The translations under genes were made by a program, and so were the position numbers. The notes under the pieces are model-generated. The model did not search any database. It was given only the letters and a program-made list of their open reading frames with translations, and was not told the DNA's origin. Shown here piece by piece: positions 10,429-18,874 of a stretch of DNA of 50,252 nucleotides (position 1 is the first letter of the stretch; the number at the start of each line of letters is the position of its first letter). The stretch lies in the NCBI GenBank assembly GCA_035605615.1, contig DASTHF010000199.1:1-50252 (forward strand). The letters are read 5' to 3'. Source of the stretch: Solirubrobacterales bacterium (lineage in GTDB: Bacteria > Actinomycetota > Thermoleophilia > Solirubrobacterales > 70-9).

Positions 10429-11802
10429 TCAGCTCTTCTTCACCAGGCGCGCACCATCCGCTGAGTCGCGCACCTCCCAGCCCAGCTCCCCGAGCCGCTT
10501 GCGAATCTCGTCGGCGCGCGTGAAGTCCTCTGCGGCTCGCGCCGCTTCGCGCTCGGCCAGCAGGGCCTCTGCTTCGGAACCCGCGCCGTCCTCCGCTTCA
10601 GCCAACGACTCCAAGCCGACCAGCCCGAGCATCTCGCGCAGCGCCTCGGGGGCGCCGGGCAGCTGACCGCGGTTTGCCTCGGCGACCAGCTCGAAGGCCT
10701 CAGCCATCGCGCGGGCGGTGTTGAAGTCGTCGGCGAGAGCGTCTCGGAAGGCGCTCTCGTGGGCGTCGACGAGCTCGTCGACGCCCATGCCGTCCTCGGC
10801 CAGCTCGGGGCTGCCGGCCCCGGCGGGGTGCTCGCGGAAGAAGTTCCGCAGCCGCTCCACCCTTGCCACTGCCTCCTCCATCAGCTCGGCGCCGAAGGCG
10901 AGCGGCTGCCGGTAATGGCCCGAGATCAGGTAGGCGACGACCGCCTCGCGGCCGTAGCGGTCGAGCGCCTCGGATAGATGGAAGATGTTGCCTCCCGACT
11001 TCGACATCTTCTCGGCGTCGGTCTCGATCATCCCGTTGTGCATCCAGAGCCGCGCGAAGGGCCGCCCCGCCGCCTCCGACTGCGCGATCTCGTTCTCGTG
11101 ATGGGGGAAGACGAGGTCCGAGCCGCCGCCGTGGATCGCGAACGAGGCGCCCAGCTCGGCCTCCGCCATCGCCGAGCACTCGATGTGCCAGCCCGGCCGT
11201 CCCGGGCCCCAAGGCGAGTCCCAGCTGGTGTCCTCGTCGGGCTTGTGGGCCTTCCAGAGCGCGAAGTCGAGCGGATCCTCCTTGAGCGTTGCGGAGCCCG
11301 CCTCCTCTCCCTGGTCCATGTCCTCGGTGCGCCGGTTGGAGAGCTTGCCGTACGGGTGGAAGCTCTTCACCTTGAAGTAGACGTCTCCGCCGGACTCGTA
11401 GGCGTGCCCGGTGTCGATCAGCTCCGCGATCAGCTGGACGATCTCGCCGATCGTCTCGCTGGCCAGAGGCTCGGCGTCGGGGCGGCCGAGTCCCAGACGA
11501 TCCGTGTCCTCGATGTAGGCCCGGGTCATCCGCGCCGCGAACTCGTCCGATCGCTCCCCTGCCTCGGTGGCCGCCACGTAGATCTTGTCGTTGATGTCGG
11601 TGACGTTGAAGACCAGCTTCGTCCGGTAGCCCTCCGACTTCAGGAACCGCCCCAGCAGCGAGAAGATGACGAACGGCCGAGCGTTGCCGATGTGGATGCG
11701 GCTGTAGACGGTCGGCCCGCAGGCGTAGATCCCGACCTCGTCGTTGGGATCCAGGGCACGCATCTCTCCGGAGAGGGTGTCTCGTATGCGAACTTCCCGC
11801 AT
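10429..11802 (-). CDS. cysS: cysteine--tRNA ligase
   Basis: HIGNARP (HIGH) and KMSKSGGN (KMSKS) motifs, and the zinc-site context WHIECSAM. TACCAT lies 8 nt upstream of the ATG. Confidence 0.95.
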   Translation of the reverse strand: MREVRIRDTLSGEMRALDPNDEVGIYACGPTVYSRIHIGNARPFVIFSLLGRFLKSEGYRTKLVFNVTDINDKIYVAATEAGERSDEFAARMTRAYIEDTDRLGLGRPDAEPLASETIGEIVQLIAELIDTGHAYESGGDVYFKVKSFHPYGKLSNRRTEDMDQGEEAGSATLKEDPLDFALWKAHKPDEDTSWDSPWGPGRPGWHIECSAMAEAELGASFAIHGGGSDLVFPHHENEIAQSEAAGRPFARLWMHNGMIETDAEKMSKSGGNIFHLSEALDRYGREAVVAYLISGHYRQPLAFGAELMEEAVARVERLRNFFREHPAGAGSPELAEDGMGVDELVDAHESAFRDALADDFNTARAMAEAFELVAEANRGQLPGAPEALREMLGLVGLESLAEAEDGAGSEAEALLAEREAARAAEDFTRADEIRKRLGELGWEVRDSADGARLVKKS

Positions 11803-11897
11803 CGGCGGGGATGGTATGCGCCTTTTGCCTGCGAGGACCGGCGGAGTGGGGGAGCTACCACCTGCAACGGCGCTTGCAGGAAGTTCGACGCCCGGGG

Positions 11898-11926
11898 TTG
11901 ACAGAACTCCGCGCAGCGGTAAGACT
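11898..11926 (+). promoter_or_regulatory. candidate sigma-70-type promoter of the sigma-H-like gene
   Basis: A perfect TTGACA (11898-11903) is followed by a 17-nt spacer and AAGACT (11921-11926). This predicts a leader of about 110 nt that carries the hairpins described in the findings. Confidence 0.35.
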
Positions 11927-11946
11927 ACGGCGCCAATAAGGGTGAA

Positions 11947-11965
11947 CCTCAGGTTGAGTCTGAGG
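11947..11965 (+). promoter_or_regulatory. 5'-leader hairpin and 5' half of a long-range inverted repeat (partner at 12117-12133)
   Basis: CCTCAG-gttgagt-CTGAGG forms a local 6-bp stem. Nucleotides 11948-11964 are complementary to 12117-12133 at 16 of 17 positions. Confidence 0.4.
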
Positions 11966-12040
11966 AGCTAACCCAGTCAAAAGGGCGCCTCAGGGGAGGT
12001 AAACGGCGCCACGACCCTTCGCTCCAAAGGAGAAGGATCT

Positions 12041-12745
12041 GTGGCTCTCTCGTCGCCTACGCAGGAATTTCGCCTCCCGACCGGCCGCCTCAGCGGTTCC
12101 TCCCGACCGGCCGAGACTCAGTCTCAACCTGAGCTTGACGACCACTACCTGGTCGCGCTGGCCAAGGAGGGGCGGGCGGACGCCTACGACGCGATCGTTC
12201 GCCGCTATCGCGGCTTCGTGCGCCTCAAGGCCTCGTCCTACTTCCTGCTCGGCGGCGAGAGCGAGGACCTGATCCAGGAAGGGCTGCTCGGCCTCTACAA
12301 GGCGGTCCGCGACTACCGCACCGACCGCGAGTCGAGCTTCCGCAACTTCGCCGAGCTCTGCATCACGCGGCAGATCATCACCGCCGTGAAGACGGCGACG
12401 CGCAACAAGCACACGCCGCTCAACCAGTACGTCTCGTTCAGCCAGACGCCGGCCGCGGCCGGCGACTCCGAGACCACCCTCGACGAGGTCCTGCCGGGCC
12501 CGTCCGTCCATGACCCGGTCAACCAGGTGATCGCCTCGGAAGAGCTGGAGAGCCTCGTCTCCTGCCTCTCGGGCGTGTCCGGCGTACTCTCGGACCTCGA
12601 GAGCCGCGTCCTCTCCCTCTACCTCGACGGCCATTCCTACGAGGCGACGGCGGAGCGGCTCGAATGCGACACGAAGACCGTCGACAACGCCCTGCAGCGC
12701 GTCAAGCGCAAGGTGGCCACCCATTTGGCTTCTCGAGAGGCCTGA
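12041..12745 (+). CDS. sigH: RNA polymerase sigma factor of the sigma-H (Spo0H / sigma-30) family
   Basis: From memory of B. subtilis SigH, these segments are near-identical: YRGFVRLKASSYFLLGGESEDLIQEGLLGLYKAVRDY, FRNFAELCITRQIITAVKTATRNKHTPLN, LSDLESRVLSLYLDGHSYE and VDNALQRVKRKV. AAGGAG lies 8 nt before the GTG. The position next to cysS-rlmB matches Bacillus. Confidence 0.85.
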   Translation: MALSSPTQEFRLPTGRLSGSSRPAETQSQPELDDHYLVALAKEGRADAYDAIVRRYRGFVRLKASSYFLLGGESEDLIQEGLLGLYKAVRDYRTDRESSFRNFAELCITRQIITAVKTATRNKHTPLNQYVSFSQTPAAAGDSETTLDEVLPGPSVHDPVNQVIASEELESLVSCLSGVSGVLSDLESRVLSLYLDGHSYEATAERLECDTKTVDNALQRVKRKVATHLASREA

Positions 12746-12777
12746 AGTACTGAATCGGCGTCTATATTCGAGAGCCT

Positions 12778-12850
12778 GCCCGCCTAGCTTAATTGGTAAA
12801 GCACTCGACTTGTAATCGAGAGAGTTCCGGTTCGACCCCGGAGGCGGGCT
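12778..12850 (+). tRNA. tRNA-Thr (anticodon TGT)
   Basis: The cloverleaf was folded by hand. Acceptor stem: GCCCGCC/GGCGGGC. D arm: GCTT-AATTGGTA-AAGC. Anticodon arm: CTCGA-CTTGTAA-TCGAG, with the anticodon at 12811-12813. T arm: TCCGG-TTCGACC-CCGGA. Discriminator T; no encoded CCA. Confidence 0.9.
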
Positions 12851-12862
12851 TCGCGGTCGGGA

Positions 12863-14287
12863 CTAGGCGGCTGTCTCCCCGCCCGTGCCCAGCACGCGGG
12901 CTTTCTCGGCGGCGAACTCGGCATCGGTGAGAAGGCCCTTCTCGTGCAGAGCGCCGAGGCGCTCGAGGCGGGCGATGCGTGCGTCGACGTCGTCTACGGG
13001 CCTGCCGTCCGGAGGCGCTGCTTCGGCCTCCGGGGCGGCGGCCCGGCCGGCGGCCGGCCGGCGCATCTCCGGCATCCGCACCTCGGGCAGTCGCAATCTC
13101 GACGCGCGCTCGCCGAGGTTGGCGCTCCTGACGGCGCCGAAGACGCGTTCGCGGGTGCGGCCGAAGGAGTCGCTGAGGCGGGCGTCGGGGAATTCCTCCA
13201 CCGACTGCTTGCGCAGCTCGTGGATGCCGAAGGCGGTGAGGCCGCCGATCGCCAGGGCGGTGAGGAAGGAGCGCAGGTTGTGGACCGCCGCGGAGAGGAA
13301 GTATACGCAGACGACGATCGCGAGCGTCGCGTAGACGTAGGCGACGTGGTCGCGGAGGATCGGCGCCGCCTCGCGGCGCAGGTGCCGGGCCGCGGCGGTC
13401 GGCGACGCCATCCAGCCGGCGACGCCGAGGAGGACACCGATCACGATCGCCGAAGCCGCGATGCTGACCATCAGCGAGGTGCCGATCGACCAGGTCGCTT
13501 CGGCCGCCGGCTTGATGCTTTCCTTGACGACGAGTTCGTTGACGAGGATTCCGCCAACCACCTGGCGGGCGACGATCACTGCGAAGCCGGCGGCGACCAG
13601 GCCGATCCCGCAAAACAGCACAGTCACCCAGCGCGACCCGCGCGACAGGTAGATCGCGAGGCCGAAGGCGAGGAAGGTGAGCAGGGAGAGGAGCAGCGCC
13701 AGGCCCTTGACGCCGATCGCGATGTCCTGCGCGGTCTTCAGCTGGTTGGAGCGCAGGATCGTCACCTTCCCCGCGTCCGGCGGCAGCTTTTCGGCCAGGT
13801 CGGCGCCGATCCCGGTCTGCTGTGCCAGGTTGGTGACGAGACTGCCCAGGTTCAGCGCGACTTCGCCGTTTTCGGTCGAGACCGCTTCGCCCTTGTTTTC
13901 GAGGATAGACAGCAGCTGTTCGTGCGCCGCCCGGTTCGCGTCCTGCCAGAGGCCCTGCGCGGTCGAGGTTTCGAGGATCTTTTCGGCGCCGGTGCCGGCC
14001 ACCTGCCGCAGACCGCCCGAGGCCGGCCCCGCCAGCTTCTTGGCTTCGCCGGGCAGGATGTCTTTGAGTTCCTTTTCGACGTCGACGTTGGCGTAGAGCT
14101 GGTCGACCAGGTATTCGGCGACCGCTGAGCGGATCGTCTTGTTCTGGATCAGCCTGCCGCTCGTGTTGACCCAGTCGCTCGTATTGAGGGCCTGCCGCTC
14201 CGTCCAGATCGCGAAGACGCTGAGGAAGGCGAGCACCGAGCCGAGCACGACCAGGGCCTTGACGGTGCGTCGCCGCGTGCGGCTCAT
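12863..14287 (-). CDS. integral membrane protein with C-terminal SHOCT domain
   Basis: 474 aa with an N-terminal TM segment, a soluble segment of about 190 aa, and 5-6 further TM helices. The C-terminal RIARLERLGALHEKGLLTDAEFAAEKARVLG matches the SHOCT motif. Confidence 0.7.
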   Translation of the reverse strand: MSRTRRRTVKALVVLGSVLAFLSVFAIWTERQALNTSDWVNTSGRLIQNKTIRSAVAEYLVDQLYANVDVEKELKDILPGEAKKLAGPASGGLRQVAGTGAEKILETSTAQGLWQDANRAAHEQLLSILENKGEAVSTENGEVALNLGSLVTNLAQQTGIGADLAEKLPPDAGKVTILRSNQLKTAQDIAIGVKGLALLLSLLTFLAFGLAIYLSRGSRWVTVLFCGIGLVAAGFAVIVARQVVGGILVNELVVKESIKPAAEATWSIGTSLMVSIAASAIVIGVLLGVAGWMASPTAAARHLRREAAPILRDHVAYVYATLAIVVCVYFLSAAVHNLRSFLTALAIGGLTAFGIHELRKQSVEEFPDARLSDSFGRTRERVFGAVRSANLGERASRLRLPEVRMPEMRRPAAGRAAAPEAEAAPPDGRPVDDVDARIARLERLGALHEKGLLTDAEFAAEKARVLGTGGETAA

Positions 14288-14289
14288 GG

Positions 14290-15231
14290 ATGCCGAATGC
14301 TATACGTGACTTGGTGAAACTCGAAGGGATTCACCACATCACCGCGATCACCGCCGACGCCCAGCGCAACGTCGACTTCTACACGGGCGTGCTGGGCCTG
14401 CGCCTGGTCAAGAAAACCGTCAACCAGGACAACCCCAGCGTCTACCACCTCTTCTACGCCGACGAGAGGGGCAGCGCCGGCTCCGATCTCACGTTCTTCG
14501 AGTTCCCCGGCGTGCCGCGCGGCCGGGCCGGCAGCGGCGACGTGCACCGGATCGTCTGGCGGGTCGGCTCTGCCGCGGCGCTCGACTTCTGGGGGGAGAG
14601 ACTCGCCACAAGGGGCTCCGAGCCGGTGCGCTCCGGCGAGCGCCTGCGCTTCCCCGACCCGGAGGGGCTGGAGCATGAGCTGACGGTCGCCGCGGCCGGC
14701 GACGAGCCGCTGATCGCCGATCATCCCGAGATCCCCGCCGAGCTGGCGCTACAGGGCTTCGACGGCATCCGCGCCTATGCCGCCGCGCCCGACGCCAGCC
14801 GGCGCCTGCTCGAAACGCTCGAGTTCGAGCCGGCGGGCGAAGGCTGGGAGGCGCGTGGCGAGCGGCGCGGCGGTCTCTATATGTATGACGAGCCGCCCGC
14901 CGAGCGGCCGCTGCAGGGGGCGGGCAGCGTCCACCACGTCGCCTGGGCGTCGAAGCCGGAGGAGCACGAGGCGTGGCGGGAGCGGGCGATCGTGGCCGGC
15001 GCCCGGCCGACTCAGGTCATCGACCGCTTCTACTTCCGCTCGATCTACTTCCGCGAGCCGAGCGGCGTCCTCTTCGAGATCGCGACGCTCGGGCCGGGCT
15101 TCACGGTCGACGAGCCGCTCGAGCACCTCGGCGAGAGGCTCTCGCTGCCGCCCGACTTCGAGCACCTGCGCGACGTGGTCGAGGAGACCCTCACTCCGAT
15201 CGCCAACCCGCGCACCGGCTCGACCGTGTGA
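14290..15231 (+). CDS. VOC/glyoxalase-family ring-cleaving (extradiol, hydroquinone-type) dioxygenase
   Basis: GIHHITAITADAQRNVDFYTGVLGLRLVKKTVNQD..VYHLFYAD, with a second VOC repeat (VHHVAW..). It resembles MhqO/YfiE-type enzymes. The start may instead be GTG 14314 (MKLEGIHH). Confidence 0.8.
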   Translation: MPNAIRDLVKLEGIHHITAITADAQRNVDFYTGVLGLRLVKKTVNQDNPSVYHLFYADERGSAGSDLTFFEFPGVPRGRAGSGDVHRIVWRVGSAAALDFWGERLATRGSEPVRSGERLRFPDPEGLEHELTVAAAGDEPLIADHPEIPAELALQGFDGIRAYAAAPDASRRLLETLEFEPAGEGWEARGERRGGLYMYDEPPAERPLQGAGSVHHVAWASKPEEHEAWRERAIVAGARPTQVIDRFYFRSIYFREPSGVLFEIATLGPGFTVDEPLEHLGERLSLPPDFEHLRDVVEETLTPIANPRTGSTV

Positions 15232-16232
15232 ACGGCAACTTCGTCTGGAGGGACGCGGGGCGCGTCGTCGCCTTCCGCCGCGGCGGCGTCGCGCAGGCGG
15301 CGCAGATCCTCCACGAGCACGGCTTCTCCGGCTTCGAGCTGCTGACGACGCCGCGCAACCTCGTCGCCGTGCCGGAGCTGGAGGCGGCGGCTGTCGCCGT
15401 GCACGCCGTGCCGCAGGGGTCGGTGCCGGACGCCGCCGCCGGCCTGCTCGACAGGGTCGGGGCGTCGCAGCTCGTCGCGCTCGGAGGCGGCCGCGTGATC
15501 GACGCCGCGAAGGCGATCGCCTCGGTCGGCGGCGCCCAGGTCGCCGCCGTCCCGACCACGCTCTCCGGCGCTGAGATGACCGGCATCCACCGCCTCCCGG
15601 CCGGCGCCGAGCACAGGGTCACCGCCCCCGTCCGGCCGCGGCTCGTCGTCGCCGACCCCGAGGCGATGACCAGCCTCGCCGAGGGGGCGCTGCGGGCCAG
15701 CGCCATGAACGCCCTCGCCCACGGCGCCGACTCGCTCTACACACCCTTCGCCAACCCCGTCTCGGAGATGACCGCGCTGCGCGGCGCCGGGCTGATCGCC
15801 GCCTCCCTCGACGAACCGCCCGCCGAGCGCAACCGGGCGGCGCTCGCCGAAGGGTCGCTGCTCTGCGGCTACGCGATCGACTCTGCCGCCTTCGCCCTGC
15901 ACCACGTGATCTGCCAGACGCTGGTCCGCGTCTGCGGCTGCCCCCACGCGGAGACGAACGCGGCGATCCTGCCGCGCAGCATGGCGTTCATGGCGTCGAG
16001 GGCGCCCGACGACCTCACCGCCTTCGCGGCGGCGATCGGCGTCGATCCCGCCGGCGTCGAAGCCCGCATCCTCGAGCTGGGTGGCGACCCCGCCGGGCTC
16101 GGCGAGCTCGGCGCCGACCGCTCGCAGCTCGACCGGGCGCTCGACTCGATGATGGCCCGACCGGAGCTCGCCTTCACCCCCGAGCCGCCCACCCGCGCCG
16201 AGCTCGAGCGGCTGATCGAGAGCGCCTGGTAA
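15228..16232 (+). CDS. maleylacetate reductase / iron-containing alcohol dehydrogenase family
   Basis: GGGRVIDAAKAIA (the GGGSxxDxAK motif) and LHHVICQTLVRVCGCPHAETNAAILP (typical of maleylacetate reductase). The GTG start overlaps the preceding stop (GTGTGA). Confidence 0.75.
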   Translation: MNGNFVWRDAGRVVAFRRGGVAQAAQILHEHGFSGFELLTTPRNLVAVPELEAAAVAVHAVPQGSVPDAAAGLLDRVGASQLVALGGGRVIDAAKAIASVGGAQVAAVPTTLSGAEMTGIHRLPAGAEHRVTAPVRPRLVVADPEAMTSLAEGALRASAMNALAHGADSLYTPFANPVSEMTALRGAGLIAASLDEPPAERNRAALAEGSLLCGYAIDSAAFALHHVICQTLVRVCGCPHAETNAAILPRSMAFMASRAPDDLTAFAAAIGVDPAGVEARILELGGDPAGLGELGADRSQLDRALDSMMARPELAFTPEPPTRAELERLIESAW

Positions 16233-16262
16233 CTGTCGCGCCGCGCCCGTGTAGCGCTTTGC

Positions 16263-17927
16263 GTGACCGCCGAGCGACTCGAGCGCTACCACGAGTACAC
16301 GCGCCGCCACGGGGTCAACTGGGTCCTGTATCTGGCGGCCCGGGTCGCGATGACCCCGTTCTTCCTCGTCTACTTCCGCTACGCGCGCGCCGGCCGCGGC
16401 AACGGCCGTGTCAGGGGCGGCCTGATCGTCGCCGCCAACCACCGCAGCTTCCTCGACCCCTTCGTGGTCGGCGGCGCCCTCCCCTGGCGGCGGCCGATGA
16501 ACTACGTCGCCAAGGTCGAGCTGTTCGAGCCGCGCTGGCGCGGCTGGCTGCTCTCGCGGCTCGGCGCCTTCCCGGTGCGCAGGAACGAGTCCGACGAGGC
16601 CTGGATGGAGACCGCCCGCGTCGTCGTCGAACGCGGCGGCGCCGTCTGCATCTTCCCCGAGGGGACGCGGATCCGCAGCGGCACGCTGGCCGCGCCGCGC
16701 CGCGGCGTCGGGCGGCTCGCCCTGCAGACCGGCGCGCCGGTCGTGCCGACCGCCGTCTTCGGCACCGAGCACGTGCGCCGCGGCTGGCGCATCCGCCCCC
16801 GCAAGCTGAAGGTGCGGCTGGGCAGGCAGATGACCTTCCCGCGCGTCGCCGAGCCCTCGCCGGCCCTGGCCGAGACCGTGACGGCGCGGATCTGGCCCAA
16901 CGTCCTCCTGCAGTGGGAAGAGATGGGCGGCCTGCCGCCGATGCGCCGCGCCGCGGTGATCGGCGCCGGCAGCTGGGGCACCGCGGTCGCCGTCCTGCTT
17001 GCGAGGGCCGGGCTCGAGGTGCAGCTCGGGGCGCGCACCGCCGAGCAGGCGGCGGAGATGGCGGAGGCGGGGGAGAACCGGCGCTACCTCGAGGGGGTCG
17101 AGCTGCCGGAGACGCTGGAGGTGCGGCAGGCCTCGAAGATCGAGCTGGCCGGCCTCGACCTCGTCTGCCTCGCGATCCCCTCCAGCTCGCTGCCGCAGGC
17201 CGTGGGGGCGATCGCCGACCGGGTCAGCGACCGCTCCTCGGTGCTGCTCCTGACCAAGGGGCTGATCGCCCCGCAGGGCCGGCTCCCCGCCGGCTACGTC
17301 GGCGAGCGGATCCGCGCCCGGGCGATCGCCTGCCTGGGCGGGCCGGCCCATGCCCGCGAGGCGGTCTCCGGCTCCGCGGCGCTCGTGCTCGGCTCGGCCG
17401 ACCCCGATCTGCGCAGCCAGCTCGGCGAGGTCTTCGAGCGGGCCGGGCTGCTCTGCGAGCGCTCCAGCGACGTCACCGGGGTGGAGATGGCGGGCGCGGC
17501 GAAGAACGCCGCGGCGCTGGCCGCCGCCGCGGCGGAGCCGCACGGGCTCAACGCGGCGGGGATCGCGGCCGCCGAGGTCTGGCGGGAGTGCATCGAGTAC
17601 GCGGTCGATCGCGGCGCCCATCTCGAGACCTTCGCCGGCCTCGCCGGTGTCGGCGACCTGACCGCGACGGTGATGGCCCCCTCCGGCCGCAACCGCCGCG
17701 CCGGCGAGCTGCTGGGCCGCGGCACGCCCGCGGAGGAGATCCCGGAGATGATCGGCCAGGCCTCGGAGGGGCTCGACGCGGTGCCGCTGCTGGCTGAGGC
17801 GATCTCGGCCGCCGGCATCGGCGCCGAGGCCCTGACCGGGCTCGCGTCCCTGATCCGGGGCGAGATCGACGCCGACTCCTGGGTGGCGGGCCTGCGGCAG
17901 GCCGAGCGCGCGCGGAGGGCGGCGTGA
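16263..17927 (+). CDS. gpsA: fusion protein: 1-acyl-sn-glycerol-3-phosphate acyltransferase (PlsC) N-terminal domain plus NAD(P)H-dependent glycerol-3-phosphate dehydrogenase (GpsA)
   Basis: Residues 1-220 carry the acyltransferase motifs NHRSFLDP (HX4D) and FPEGTR. From Met227 (nt 16941) the sequence is a typical GpsA: AVIGAGSWGTAVAVLLA, LTKGL, GPAHAREV, KNAAALAAA. It is a single uninterrupted frame. Confidence 0.85.
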   Translation: MTAERLERYHEYTRRHGVNWVLYLAARVAMTPFFLVYFRYARAGRGNGRVRGGLIVAANHRSFLDPFVVGGALPWRRPMNYVAKVELFEPRWRGWLLSRLGAFPVRRNESDEAWMETARVVVERGGAVCIFPEGTRIRSGTLAAPRRGVGRLALQTGAPVVPTAVFGTEHVRRGWRIRPRKLKVRLGRQMTFPRVAEPSPALAETVTARIWPNVLLQWEEMGGLPPMRRAAVIGAGSWGTAVAVLLARAGLEVQLGARTAEQAAEMAEAGENRRYLEGVELPETLEVRQASKIELAGLDLVCLAIPSSSLPQAVGAIADRVSDRSSVLLLTKGLIAPQGRLPAGYVGERIRARAIACLGGPAHAREAVSGSAALVLGSADPDLRSQLGEVFERAGLLCERSSDVTGVEMAGAAKNAAALAAAAAEPHGLNAAGIAAAEVWRECIEYAVDRGAHLETFAGLAGVGDLTATVMAPSGRNRRAGELLGRGTPAEEIPEMIGQASEGLDAVPLLAEAISAAGIGAEALTGLASLIRGEIDADSWVAGLRQAERARRAA

Positions 17928-17966
17928 GGCGAGGGCTTTCGTCACCCCTGGGACTAGGCTTGATGG

Positions 17967-18527
17967 GTGAGCGAGCCGCCGCAAAACGTCGAGCCGGACA
18001 GCCTCGACCCGGCCGAGAAGGCGGAGCTGGACCGCGCCTTCGAAGCGGTCTACCGGGAGCACCTGCGCGACGTCTACTCGTACGCCTACTACCGGATCGG
18101 CAACCACCACGACGCCGAAGACCTCACCGAGCAGGCCTTCCTGCAGGCGTACCGCCACTTCGCGCGGGCGCGTCGCGAGTCGGACGGACGGCCGCTGCGA
18201 CCCTGGCTGATCCGCATCGCCCACAACCTGGCGCTCAACTACTACCGCGACAACGCGCGGCGGCCGCAGACGCCGCTGGACAGCGCCGATCCGATCGCGG
18301 CCCGCTACGGCACCGAGGCGATCGCCGAGGGGAGGGAGGAGCTGCGGCAGGTGATGGCGGGACTCGGCCACCTGCAGGGCGACCGCCGCGAGGCGCTGAT
18401 CATGCGCTTTGCGCTCGGCATGGACAACCGCGAGATCGCGCGCGCCCTGGGCCGCAGCGACGGCGCCACCAAGGTCCTGATCCATCGCGCGATCAGGCAG
18501 CTGCAGGAGGAGATCGGCGATGAGTGA
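17967..18527 (+). CDS. ECF-type RNA polymerase sigma factor
   Basis: Region 2 (DAEDLTEQAFLQAYRHF, PWLIRIAHNLALNYYR) and region 4 (RREALIMRFALGMDNREIARALGRSDGATKVLIHRAIRQLQ). TAGGCT lies 6 nt upstream of the GTG. Confidence 0.9.
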   Translation: MSEPPQNVEPDSLDPAEKAELDRAFEAVYREHLRDVYSYAYYRIGNHHDAEDLTEQAFLQAYRHFARARRESDGRPLRPWLIRIAHNLALNYYRDNARRPQTPLDSADPIAARYGTEAIAEGREELRQVMAGLGHLQGDRREALIMRFALGMDNREIARALGRSDGATKVLIHRAIRQLQEEIGDE

Positions 18528-18870
18528 CGGGGCGCGAGCGGGCTCGGCCTGCGGCGGCTGGGACGTCGAGCGGCTGCTCGCCGACGCGCTGCGGCCGATC
18601 GAGCCGCCGGAGCGGCTCTCCGGCCGCCTCGAGGACACGCTGGCGGCGTTCGCCCAGGCGGCGGCGGAGGAGCTCTCCGACTGGGCCGACGAGCTCTCCG
18701 AGAACGAGCTGCGGGCGCTGCGCGACCCGCGCAACTGGGTGCGCCCCGTGGTCGCGGTCGGCGCCGGGGGGCTCGCCACCGGCGCCCTCGTCGTGCTCGA
18801 GCTGCGCCGCCGCGGCCGCCGTCAGGCAGGCAGCCGGCTGAGCGCCCTCAGCGGCCGCCTCGCCAGATAG
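18520..18870 (+). CDS. single-pass membrane protein translationally coupled to the ECF sigma (putative anti-sigma factor; assignment by position only)
   Basis: The ATG overlaps the sigma stop by 8 nt. It has an acidic N-domain of about 85 aa, one Gly/Ala-rich TM segment (VVAVGAGGLATGALVVL) and a basic tail (RRRGRRQ). There is no HxxxCxxC zinc motif. Confidence 0.5.
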   Translation: MSDGARAGSACGGWDVERLLADALRPIEPPERLSGRLEDTLAAFAQAAAEELSDWADELSENELRALRDPRNWVRPVVAVGAGGLATGALVVLELRRRGRRQAGSRLSALSGRLAR

Positions 18871-18874
18871 CGCG

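Noticed and set aside
11803-12040. T-box or other riboswitch leader for cysS
   Set aside because: A TACCAT hexamer lies only 8 nt upstream of the cysS ATG, with no SD, which suggests a leaderless mRNA. The structured part of the spacer is better assigned to the divergent sigH-like gene.
14287-14314. Divergent start codons only 2 nt apart (membrane protein ATG 14287, dioxygenase ATG 14290)
   Set aside because: This is probably a start-site artefact. The dioxygenase more likely begins at GTG 14314 (MKLEGIHH), which leaves a short divergent spacer. I saw no independent signal to call a special element.
15045-18779. 1244-aa minus-strand ORF spanning the reductase, PlsC-GpsA and ECF sigma genes
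   Set aside because: It is a shadow ORF in GC-rich DNA. The sequence is low-complexity (R/A/G/P-rich), crosses several well-supported plus-strand genes, and has no domain signature.
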